Source: Akkermansiaceae bacterium (GTDB lineage Bacteria; Verrucomicrobiota; Verrucomicrobiia; Verrucomicrobiales; Akkermansiaceae). From it: DNA of 64,000 nt. Under the pieces are notes generated by a model. It saw nothing but the letters and a program-made list of their open reading frames with translations. It was not told where the DNA came from and made no database searches. Location of the stretch: assembly GCA_903888515.1 (NCBI GenBank), contig CAISTY010000271.1, positions 1,906-65,905 of the forward strand, read 5' to 3'. Shown one piece after another: positions 30,070 to 38,609 of the stretch. A program made the translations under genes and the position numbers. The first letter of the stretch is position 1. Every line of letters begins with the position of its first letter.

Positions 30070-31047
30070 ATGAAGAGACCAGGAATGACGATAGGGGTGG
30101 TGGCGGTGTTCCTGGCGAGCGCCGCCGCATTTGCCGCCGACGATGCCGCGACGCTCAAGCAACTCACGGCCAAGGAGTGGACCGTGCCGGACGTCGGCAT
30201 CCAGATGATGCGGATCCCGGCAGGGACCTTCACCATGGGCAGTCCCGAAAGCGAGACGGCCCGCTGGGAGGAGGAGACGCAGCACAAGGTGACCCTCACC
30301 AAGCCGTTCTACATGGCCGCTTACGAGTGCCGCCAGCGCGAGTACTACAAGCTGATGCTGCCGGCGGACTACGACTACGACGCCTGGCAATACCAGCGGG
30401 GGCCGCTGCACGACGGCGCGGCCTGGCGGCACAAGTGGCACCGCGGCAAGTTTGGCGCCCACACCCTCGAAGACTACACCTATCCGATGGAATGCGTCAG
30501 TTGGCACAACGCCATGGAATTCTGCAAGAAGCTCACGCAGCGGGAGAAAGCTGCCGGGCGCTTGCCCGAGGGGTATGTGTACCGCCTGCCGACGGAAGCC
30601 GAATGGGAATATGCCTGCCGGGCCGGGTCCCAGGGTCCCTTCAATTTTGTCGGGGACTATTCCAAGTGCTACGAGTTGCAGCGGCACATGTATCTTGGCG
30701 GCGGCGGCTGGGTCAAGTTTGGCGTTGGCGACACTGAAAGTGAGCGCAAACCCAATGCCTGGGGCCTGCGCGACATGCACGGCAACGTCTATGAGTGGTG
30801 CCTGGACTGGTATGCCCCCTACGAAAAGGGCCCTCAGACCGATCCGACGGGGCCGCAAAAGGGCACGGAGAAAGTCGCGCGTGGCGGCGGAGCCGTGCCC
30901 TGGGTTTCCGACGGCATGCTGGCCTGGGGCGTGCACCCCTTTGTCCGTTCCGCCAGCCGCTACGGCTTCGAGCCCGAGACTGACCATTCGGTCATCCTCG
31001 GCTTCCGCGTCGTGCTGGCACCGCAGGTGGCGGGCGGGGGAAGGTGA
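30070..31047 (+). CDS. Secreted FGE/SUMF1-fold protein, copy F4
   Basis: Starts 24 nt after the P3 stop with RBS AGAGGGG; FGE-fold motifs. Confidence 0.9.
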   Translation: MKRPGMTIGVVAVFLASAAAFAADDAATLKQLTAKEWTVPDVGIQMMRIPAGTFTMGSPESETARWEEETQHKVTLTKPFYMAAYECRQREYYKLMLPADYDYDAWQYQRGPLHDGAAWRHKWHRGKFGAHTLEDYTYPMECVSWHNAMEFCKKLTQREKAAGRLPEGYVYRLPTEAEWEYACRAGSQGPFNFVGDYSKCYELQRHMYLGGGGWVKFGVGDTESERKPNAWGLRDMHGNVYEWCLDWYAPYEKGPQTDPTGPQKGTEKVARGGGAVPWVSDGMLAWGVHPFVRSASRYGFEPETDHSVILGFRVVLAPQVAGGGR

Positions 31048-31214
31048 TCAGTTATTTGTGAGCGGTCTTAATGCGATGTCGATCTATTTTTCCCCATTGC
31101 CTGCTGATGAGAATATCGGAACTGCACGGCGTTCTTCGACCCCCGCCGAGGGCACCACGGCATTCCCCCCCTTGACGCCAATTACCGTCCCGCGCAGTCT
31201 CATCACTACACATC

Positions 31215-32147
31215 ATGAATAGCCGCATCAACGATGGCCTGACGACCGCCGCGGGATGGTGTCATTTCAGGATGCCGCCGTCGGTGGTCGGCCGGTTCGC
31301 GCACGAGCCGCTGGTGTCGGATTTCCTGGTCACGCACATTGGGTTCTTTCCGTGCAGCCACGGGCATGAAGCCCGGCGTCCCCACCCGCTCCACGAGGGC
31401 ATCTTCATCTTGTGTCTCGCGGGCCGGGGTTGGGTGGCGCCCGCAGGAACGCCGGACGCACCCCGGTGTCTGGTCGAGCCGGGTGACGCGCTGCTGGTGG
31501 CGCCCGAGGTGCCGCACTCGTACGCCGCGGATGAGAACGATCCCTGGAGCATCAGTTGGTTCCACTTCGCCGGGCCGCGCGCCCACCAGTTCGCCGCGCA
31601 ATGGGGCGTGCCGCCCGGTATCAGCAAGGGCCCGGTGACCAGCCTGTGGGCGTTGCACGACCTGATGGAACGCATGATCGAGTTGCGCCGCAAGGGCTTC
31701 AGCCGGGCGGTGCTCATGGAAGTCAACGCGCTGGGGGAAGTCGCGCTGGCCCGCTTGTACTCGGATGCCGGTCTCTCGCCCATCGGGCCACCGGGTGCCG
31801 ACCCGGCGAAGGATGTGCCGAACCGGGCGCACAAATTGCAGCGGGCCTTGGCTTTTCTCCAGGTCAACTTCACCCGCGAACTGACCGTCGCCGAGGTGGC
31901 GCAGGCCTGTCACGTCTCCGCCTCGTGGTTGTTTCACGCGTTTCCGGAACACACCGGCTTCAGCCCGTTGCATTATGCCATCAACTTGCGCTTGCAGGAG
32001 GCCTGCCGGCTGTTGGCCCTCACGGATCGCAAGGTGGCGGAAATCGCCGTTGCCGTCGGTTATGAGGACGAGTTCTATTTCTCGCGCCTGTTCAAGAAGC
32101 ACCTCGAGCTGAGCCCCGATGCCTATCGCCGCCTATTCGGCCGGTGA
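31215..32147 (+). CDS. AraC-family transcriptional regulator
   Basis: N-terminal cupin (YAADENDPWSISWFHF) and C-terminal double HTH (VAEIAVAVGYEDEFYFSRLFKK). Confidence 0.93.
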   Translation: MNSRINDGLTTAAGWCHFRMPPSVVGRFAHEPLVSDFLVTHIGFFPCSHGHEARRPHPLHEGIFILCLAGRGWVAPAGTPDAPRCLVEPGDALLVAPEVPHSYAADENDPWSISWFHFAGPRAHQFAAQWGVPPGISKGPVTSLWALHDLMERMIELRRKGFSRAVLMEVNALGEVALARLYSDAGLSPIGPPGADPAKDVPNRAHKLQRALAFLQVNFTRELTVAEVAQACHVSASWLFHAFPEHTGFSPLHYAINLRLQEACRLLALTDRKVAEIAVAVGYEDEFYFSRLFKKHLELSPDAYRRLFGR

Positions 32148-32160
32148 GTCTGGAAACCGA

Positions 32161-32670
32161 AAGAGGGGCACGGGCGGCCCGCCCAATACTGTTTACTTAG
32201 TACTCCAAAGGCATTTCTTTGGGTGGAGTTGAAAACCCAATGTCGTTGCGAAGGACTGGCTTTCTTGGAGTATCGCGCTCCTTTGCATTGATTGAGGATT
32301 GAGGATTGGCGCGATTGTTGATTTTTTGATTGCTGAAGCCGAAAACAGAAGTTCAAACCACGAATGGCACGAATAACCACGAATGATCAGTCACTTCCGG
32401 ACTCTGCCGGATTCACCATATGGTGGCAGTGATGTGACATCCCAACCCACTTTCATTTCGTGAGATTCGTGGAATTCGTGGTTCCTATCTCGGAGTTCGG
32501 GTTGAAGTGAGCTTGCTGGGCGCTGAAGCTCGGCTTCAAGCTCAGATCGAAAATCAAAAATCCTCAATCGACAATCATCAATCCAATTCGGGCAACGATT
32601 CTGCGACCTGAGATTTCGCCTCATCAGGTGCTGAGTAAACCGTATTGGACGGCCCGCCCTTGCACCTCTT
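32161..32670. repeat. Nested inverted-repeat element, ~510 bp
   Basis: 43-bp outer arms (32161-32203 / 32628-32670, 36/43 identical), a GATTGAG-type middle pair, an AACCACGAAT-type inner pair and a central palindrome CACCATATGGTG. Confidence 0.8.
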
Positions 32671-32675
32671 GTTTT

Positions 32676-32711
32676 TGCACGATTGTCCATGCGAAATGCA
32701 GGATTGTCCAT
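32676..32711 (+). promoter_or_regulatory. Putative AraC-type operator: two 15-bp direct repeats at 21-bp spacing
   Basis: TGCACGATTGTCCAT (32676-32690) and TGCAGGATTGTCCAT (32697-32711), upstream of gene 33011 and downstream of the AraC gene. Confidence 0.6.
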
Positions 32712-32794
32712 TTCAGCCGGACGGGATTTGCGGCAGTCTGTTACCGTAGAAGGTTGACCAAGTCACGACAACCACATTCCCCCAACCACCAACA

Positions 32795-32991
32795 ACTGAT
32801 TATTGATTACTGATTATTGATTGCCACTGATTACCGACCACTGATTCGTGGTCACAACATGCAAACCACCAACAACTTCTCATGACCAATGACCAATGAC
32901 TTCTTCTCTTCCAATCCTCAATCCCCAATCCACAATCCTCAATCTCTTCCTCTTCACCAATGACCAATGACTAATGACCACTGACTAATCA
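32795..32991. repeat. Cluster of short heptamer tandem repeats (ACTGATT, ATGACCA, TCCTCAA families)
   Basis: Directly visible in the 5' leader of gene 33011. Confidence 0.85.
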
Positions 32992-33010
32992 ACCACTGTC
33001 CAACAACATT

Positions 33011-34450
33011 ATGAAAACAACCATGAACAGATTGAAAACGCAGACTCTATCATCGCCACGCGGGATCACCCCGGCAGACAACCCACTACGTTCCTGGCGC
33101 GTGCCAATCCACGCAATGTTTGTCGGCTTGCCCAAGCTGGCGGCCGTCGTCGGCGCGGCGCTGATTTGCTTCACACCCGCCGCCGCCGCCGCCCAGGATA
33201 CCTTGCTGGTTTACGAAGGATTCGACTGCGCGGGCGCGGACCTATCGGCTCTGCAGGGCCAGGCCGGCGCGACGAGCATCGGCTTCGATGCCCTGAGCAC
33301 GTGGGGCACCCCGGTTGGCTCGATTACCCCACCTGAAACCCTTGATGATATCGCCCGGTACAATACGACCGGGCTTTCCATCGGTTCGGGTGCCACCACT
33401 CTGAAGGTCGTCGGCGGCAGCATGACCCTAACCCATCTTCCGCACGGCAGCAGGTACTACATTAGCCGCGCGCTGGACGTTGCCCAGACCGGCGGACAAA
33501 CGGTTTACGGCGCCTACCTCATGAATTACGTGACACGCAATGCCAGCACCGGGCGTGTAAGTGTCGACAACCCGGCTGGAAATGACGCGTCGAGATACCA
33601 TTTCGGCGGCGGATTCGGCCGCTGGAACAGCACTAGCACGATAGGTTATCTTCTCAGCGTCGGAAACACCAGCGTAACCGGTATTACTGGTACTAACGCG
33701 GGAGGGCCTAACCTTACGGGCAACGAACTCGGCCTTGGCAATATCGCCATCACGCTTTTCTCGATCACGAACGTGGGCGGCAGCTCGGGCTCTGTCTTGA
33801 TGTGGCAATATGTGCTGAACTCGGCCCAGTTCGACAACTTCAAAGCCGGCGGCCTGACGGAAACCGAACTGCAAGGCGCTGCCACGGGTGCTGGCGCGAC
33901 GCAGGTGTTGCAGAGAGCGACCCACACCCTCGCCGCGCCAAATCCCTATCCGCAATGGGGGCTGAGTGACGTCCTGACATTTTGGTGGTACGACAAAGCC
34001 CTTACCGAGGTGATCAAACTCGACGAGGTCCGCTTTGGCACGGGGAGCCTGGATGCGGTGACGCCGCTGGCTACGCCTCCCAGCGGTTACGCCTCGTGGG
34101 CGACCACCAACAGTATAACCGGCGATCCCTCAGATGATTCCAACAATGACGGCGTTGCCAACGGCGTGGCCTACTTCATGAACGCAACCGGTCTCGCCAC
34201 CAACCCGGGCATCAACAGCTCCGGACAAGTGACCTGGCCCAATGGCGGCAATATCCTTAGCGGCCAATACGGCACCGAGTTCGTCGTCCAAACCTCCAGC
34301 GACCTCCAGAAATGGGTGGATGTTCCTAGTGGCCAACTCGACGCCAACACCGACTACGCCGCCGGTCCCCCCGCCGTTGACGGCTCGCTCAGCTACACCC
34401 TGACGGGTGCCAGCCCCCGCTTCGTGCGCCTCAAGGTGACCCCGAACTGA
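33011..34450 (+). CDS. Secreted/surface protein with a Verrucomicrobia-type C-terminal domain
   Basis: Signal peptide; LLVYEGFD start; C-terminal YASWA...DSNNDGVANG...VQTSSDLQKW...RFVRLKV. Confidence 0.7.
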   Translation: MKTTMNRLKTQTLSSPRGITPADNPLRSWRVPIHAMFVGLPKLAAVVGAALICFTPAAAAAQDTLLVYEGFDCAGADLSALQGQAGATSIGFDALSTWGTPVGSITPPETLDDIARYNTTGLSIGSGATTLKVVGGSMTLTHLPHGSRYYISRALDVAQTGGQTVYGAYLMNYVTRNASTGRVSVDNPAGNDASRYHFGGGFGRWNSTSTIGYLLSVGNTSVTGITGTNAGGPNLTGNELGLGNIAITLFSITNVGGSSGSVLMWQYVLNSAQFDNFKAGGLTETELQGAATGAGATQVLQRATHTLAAPNPYPQWGLSDVLTFWWYDKALTEVIKLDEVRFGTGSLDAVTPLATPPSGYASWATTNSITGDPSDDSNNDGVANGVAYFMNATGLATNPGINSSGQVTWPNGGNILSGQYGTEFVVQTSSDLQKWVDVPSGQLDANTDYAAGPPAVDGSLSYTLTGASPRFVRLKVTPN

Positions 34451-34903
34451 CCCGCAGCCCGCGCTGCTGGAAAGTCACCCGAACCCCCAACCAACCCCAT
34501 GGCCGCCGATCAAGAGCCGGTGACGGGACCGGAGGGCGGGTAAATGGGGGGTGATGTCCGATCGGACACGCAGATGTCCAGGACGGGCGAGTCCTGACAA
34601 CACAGGCGACGCGAGTTGCCGCGGTCGTTGATCTTCAGGCAGCGAGGTGATGGGCAGTTTCCCAGACGTGCCGCTTGAACTTGATGCGCGAGTCCGCCGA
34701 GACCGGTTTCCAACTGTTGGATGTCCTGAAGCGATCCGAAAAGATCCTGAATGTGCCAAGTCATTTGCCGAAATAATCGTCAATTCCTCGAGAATTCAAT
34801 GTCGGGATCAGGAAGTCTGAAGAAACGAGTCATGTTTTTCAGTTAGAGAAAAGTGCAACGTGTGGCAGGCTGGCATCCTGCCCCACATTTGGGTGCCGCA
34901 CCA

Positions 34904-37900
34904 TTATTGCGACGGGGCATCTTTCCCGAGGACGGTTTTGGTGATCGCCTCGCGGGCCTCGACGGTGGCCGGGCTATAGGGGGCGATCTTCTTCAATTGG
35001 ATATATACATCCCGGGCGTCGTCCATCTTGCGCGCCTTGCACATGGCCCTGACCTGCACGAGCATCACCTGCTCCCGCTGGGAGCCGTTCAGGCCCATGC
35101 GGAGCATTTGCTTGGCGAGCGTCAAGGCGCGGGCGGCATCGCCCAGGCCGGCGAAGGTCTCGAGCTTAACGATCATGACCCCTGGGACCGTGCGGAGCAG
35201 TGGGTGTTTGCCCAGCCACTTGTCGAGGAGGGAAAGGGCGATATCGGCCTCGGCAGCGCACCCTGCTGCCAAGCGCTGGATCCTCCGCAGGTCAGCGCTC
35301 AGTTGCAATTGCGTCTCTTCGCCGAGCGGCCACGCGTCCGGCTTCAGTTGCAGCAGGATCTCCTTCGCCTTTTCTTCTTCTCCCATCATCAACAGGGCGT
35401 CCGCCGTAACGCGTTTTGCCGGATCGTCCTTCTCTGCCGCCGGGCCGGCGAAACCGTAATTCTCACCGCGCTTTACGCCGAACCACTCGGGGGGCTCCGC
35501 AGGTTGATGCAGGGCCAGGAAGCGGTTTGTCTCGCCAAAGCGCTGCATTTCGGCGGGGATTACAATGTTGCCGTTGGGACATTGCGCCGACGTGCCGAGC
35601 CGCGAGCCGTTGAACCATATCGTCATCCCGTGGCCGGACATGCGGCCAAGTTCCAACACCAGTTCCTTGCCCTGCCGCGATTCGGGCATGTGGAATTCTT
35701 TTGCAATCCACGCGCCCTGGCCGCCTGCCCTGTGGACTTTGACGGGCAGATCGGAAGCCTTCGACCACTTCAAGCCTTCGGTCACGCCGGCGATTTCGCC
35801 GCTCTCCGGAATGGAGGGATACCATTGCTTCGCCGCGGCGATACACCAGGCGCCGGTCAGGTCGAGGCTCGGCGCGGCCTTTTCCGCCGTTTCGAGGAGT
35901 TGCAGAGCCTTTTGAGGTTCGCCGCAAACGGCAACGAGACTCTCAGCGAGGGTCGTGGCGGCGGATTTCCAGTGGCGCGAGCCGACATGCGCCCGGTCCA
36001 TCACGGCCTTGCAGAGCTTCTCGACGGCGGGAAAATGCGCCGCCATGGGCACGGTCCGCGCCAGATCGAGCAGGCTATCGTAAGGATACTTCGCGATGAC
36101 CTCGTCGATGCGTTCCGCCAACGCCCTGCCGATGGCGCTGCGCCGCTGCTCCAGCAGGTCGCACTCAAGCGACCAGTAGTAGAGGCTGAACACATCCCGG
36201 ATCGGGGTGCCGGAGGCGAACTCCGTTTCCCTCTGCGTGATCGGTTCCAGGAGCTCAAGGGGGGGGTCATCGTTCGGTTCGGACCAGTCCACCTGGACAT
36301 GAATGTTGCCCGCCTTGTGCGCGATCGTTTTGCCGTTGGGACCGTCCAGAACCTCGAGTTCCACCTTTCTGTTACCGGGCGCGAAGAAAAGGTGCTTGAT
36401 CTCCCGGCCCTCGGCCGTGTGGCCGTCATCGAAGCGCCAGCGGAAGACCGCGTCTTCCCGCTCCTCCGAGAGCGCTCCGGCAAGGGAATACTGGATGATA
36501 TCGCCGGCGGGGTAATTCCCCAACCATTCCTTGCCGGCATAGCGCCAGCTAAACGAAGCACATAATTTCTCCTCGCGGTGGGTCATCGCGCCCGCCGCGG
36601 CATCCGCCAGCGGCTCCCACACGGAGAACTCACGACCAAACGCTCGAGTTGAACGCTCGTTATCCGGTAGGCGCCAGCAGAACCATGCACTGAAATCTTT
36701 CCGGCTGCCGTATAGGCAAAAGTCCAATTTATGGAGCCCCTTCTCCAGCTTGAGCCTGAAGGCCTTCATCGGTGGCCCTCCTTGACCTTTTCCTTGAGCA
36801 AACAGCGGTTTCAAATCAGCCTGCCCCGCCTCTCCGTACCGCCATTCCGAGACCACCTGGTCGTCAATGAGGAGATAACCTGCGGGCTGGACACCGAAAT
36901 AGAACTCGTAGTCTTGCGTCTCCGGGATATGGAAAAAGCCCGTGTAACGGGACAGCACCAGCGACGCCCTGCGGGTTTTTATCCCATCGCGGAAGTTCGT
37001 CGCTTCCACGTCCCTGGGCCTGAACGGCACAAAACAATGGGAAATCGCGGCCCCGGGGATCACAGAAGTGTAGGTCGCGTGGTACCATCTCCACAAGGTG
37101 TCTCTTACTACCTTCTTGCCGGCAATGAAATCGGTGCCGTCCCAGAGTTTCATGAAGCCTTCCAGCGTGGTTGGCGCCGGATCGTAGCGGTCAGGGTAGC
37201 GGCTCTCTAACATGAGGCCCGCCCGCGGCGCCCAATCCAGCCGCGGCGGCTGTTTCGAACGCGGCACCAGATAGACCAAGTATTGCTTATCCCCGCTTGA
37301 ACAGTCGAACAGGATCGACATCGGCTCCCCGGGATACGTCCAGAGAATGCGGCAGCCGACATTCCGGCCCGACAGATCATAGACCAGCGGGATAAGCTCC
37401 GTCGGATCGAGACCCGGCAGGCAGAGCGTAGCTTCGGCAACGGTCGGGCCGCAGGTGATGAATCCGGCCTGCCCCAAGTCCCTGACGTTCGCCGTGATCG
37501 TGAACTTTTTGGCGGCGGGCGGCAGGGTGAACATTTTACAGCTTTGCCTTTGCACGATGTTCTTGTCCGGCGCGATGTTCTTGTCATCCACAAGCACCTG
37601 CACGCCCCCCCCCTCATGGAATGAAAACCGCTTATACTCCGGCTTCATCTCGAAAGTCGCCGAACCATTCGCCCGCAAGTCCGGTTGGTATAACTCCGGT
37701 TTGTATTCCTGGCCGGACGCGGCACATTTGCGCTTCAGGTCCGCGATGATGTTTTCCTTCTGCTCTTTGGTGCGGATGTCGCTGGTGACGACGCCCTTGG
37801 TGTTGCGGTCAAAGGCGAGCCCCTTCGTCTCGAGCGGGGTCAGGTCGGCAAGGTAAACCTGCGGCGGCATCCACACCATGGCCTCCTCTAACGAAACGGT

Positions 37901-38017
37901 GACCGGTATCCGGATCTCCGCGTCCTGGACATGCCACGGGAGCGGTTCCTCTGCGGCAAGTGCGAGACAACCCAAGCATCCCGTCAGAGCCACAATGTGG
38001 ATGGAGGATCGCTTCAT
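34904..38017 (-). CDS. Large secreted protein with PA14-like, PKD-like and TPR-like regions
   Basis: RBS before ATG 38017; YTGFFHIPETQDYEF (PA14), FRWRFDDG...HLFFAPG (PKD) and a helical C-terminus. Confidence 0.65.
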   Translation of the reverse strand: MKRSSIHIVALTGCLGCLALAAEEPLPWHVQDAEIRIPVTVSLEEAMVWMPPQVYLADLTPLETKGLAFDRNTKGVVTSDIRTKEQKENIIADLKRKCAASGQEYKPELYQPDLRANGSATFEMKPEYKRFSFHEGGGVQVLVDDKNIAPDKNIVQRQSCKMFTLPPAAKKFTITANVRDLGQAGFITCGPTVAEATLCLPGLDPTELIPLVYDLSGRNVGCRILWTYPGEPMSILFDCSSGDKQYLVYLVPRSKQPPRLDWAPRAGLMLESRYPDRYDPAPTTLEGFMKLWDGTDFIAGKKVVRDTLWRWYHATYTSVIPGAAISHCFVPFRPRDVEATNFRDGIKTRRASLVLSRYTGFFHIPETQDYEFYFGVQPAGYLLIDDQVVSEWRYGEAGQADLKPLFAQGKGQGGPPMKAFRLKLEKGLHKLDFCLYGSRKDFSAWFCWRLPDNERSTRAFGREFSVWEPLADAAAGAMTHREEKLCASFSWRYAGKEWLGNYPAGDIIQYSLAGALSEEREDAVFRWRFDDGHTAEGREIKHLFFAPGNRKVELEVLDGPNGKTIAHKAGNIHVQVDWSEPNDDPPLELLEPITQRETEFASGTPIRDVFSLYYWSLECDLLEQRRSAIGRALAERIDEVIAKYPYDSLLDLARTVPMAAHFPAVEKLCKAVMDRAHVGSRHWKSAATTLAESLVAVCGEPQKALQLLETAEKAAPSLDLTGAWCIAAAKQWYPSIPESGEIAGVTEGLKWSKASDLPVKVHRAGGQGAWIAKEFHMPESRQGKELVLELGRMSGHGMTIWFNGSRLGTSAQCPNGNIVIPAEMQRFGETNRFLALHQPAEPPEWFGVKRGENYGFAGPAAEKDDPAKRVTADALLMMGEEEKAKEILLQLKPDAWPLGEETQLQLSADLRRIQRLAAGCAAEADIALSLLDKWLGKHPLLRTVPGVMIVKLETFAGLGDAARALTLAKQMLRMGLNGSQREQVMLVQVRAMCKARKMDDARDVYIQLKKIAPYSPATVEAREAITKTVLGKDAPSQ

Positions 38018-38093
38018 GACGCTTTCCCCTCTTTCTGTGAAGATGGTTTGTCGCGATTTCATGTGGTTGTTCCTCAGCTTGTCCAGACGGTTC

Positions 38094-38500
38094 TTATTCT
38101 GGCTTTCGGGGCTTCGTTTTCGGGGCGGTCTTCGACTTGTCAGCGGTCATCGGCCAATTCGGATCATCGACATGGGCGTTTTTCATGAGCGCCTCCGCCT
38201 TGGAGACCAGTTCGGGTTTTGCGGCGGCAAGGTTCTTCGTTTCGCCGGGATCGGTTTTCAGATCGTAGAGTTCAAGAGGGTTTGCCGGGCCGTTGAGAAC
38301 CTCCTTCCAGTCGCCGAAGCGAATCGCCTGTATGGGCTTGCCCTCGTACATGCCGCGTTTGAAACCGCGCAGTTTTCCGCCCATCGTCTGATCGAAAAGC
38401 CGGCCGACTGCCGAGTTGCCGCTGAACGAGGAGCCGTTGTCGCCGGAAAACATCACCAGCGTGTTCTCGTCGAGTTTGAGTTCCTTATCGATTTCATATA
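38094..38500 (-). pseudogene. Sulfatase C-terminal remnant with an additional internal deletion
   Basis: LDENTLVMFSGDNG...KRGMYEG fused to KPIQAIRFGDWK...LYDLKTDPGE; no N-terminus. Confidence 0.7.
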
Positions 38501-38609
38501 ACTCTTTTTCCCGTGTGTGATGGTGGCTGGTGGTGGTTGCAGGTGGTTGTTTCCCAGCAAAGCGGCAACGGGCCAAAGCAACTAACTGTTATTCATGACC
38601 GTGATCTGT

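Noticed and set aside
3181-31047. Diversity-generating retroelement targeting the FGE-fold genes
   Set aside because: No reverse transcriptase and no non-coding template repeat seen in the window; differences between paralogs include indels and are not adenine-restricted. A remote DGR cannot be excluded.
3181-31047. FGE-fold genes as sulfatase-maturation enzymes
   Set aside because: The canonical C-x4-C motif after RGGS is absent in all four, and they are coupled to the peptidases rather than to the sulfatases.
34510-34860. Possible small gene or mobile-element remnant between convergent genes
   Set aside because: No frame gave a motif I could assign with any confidence.
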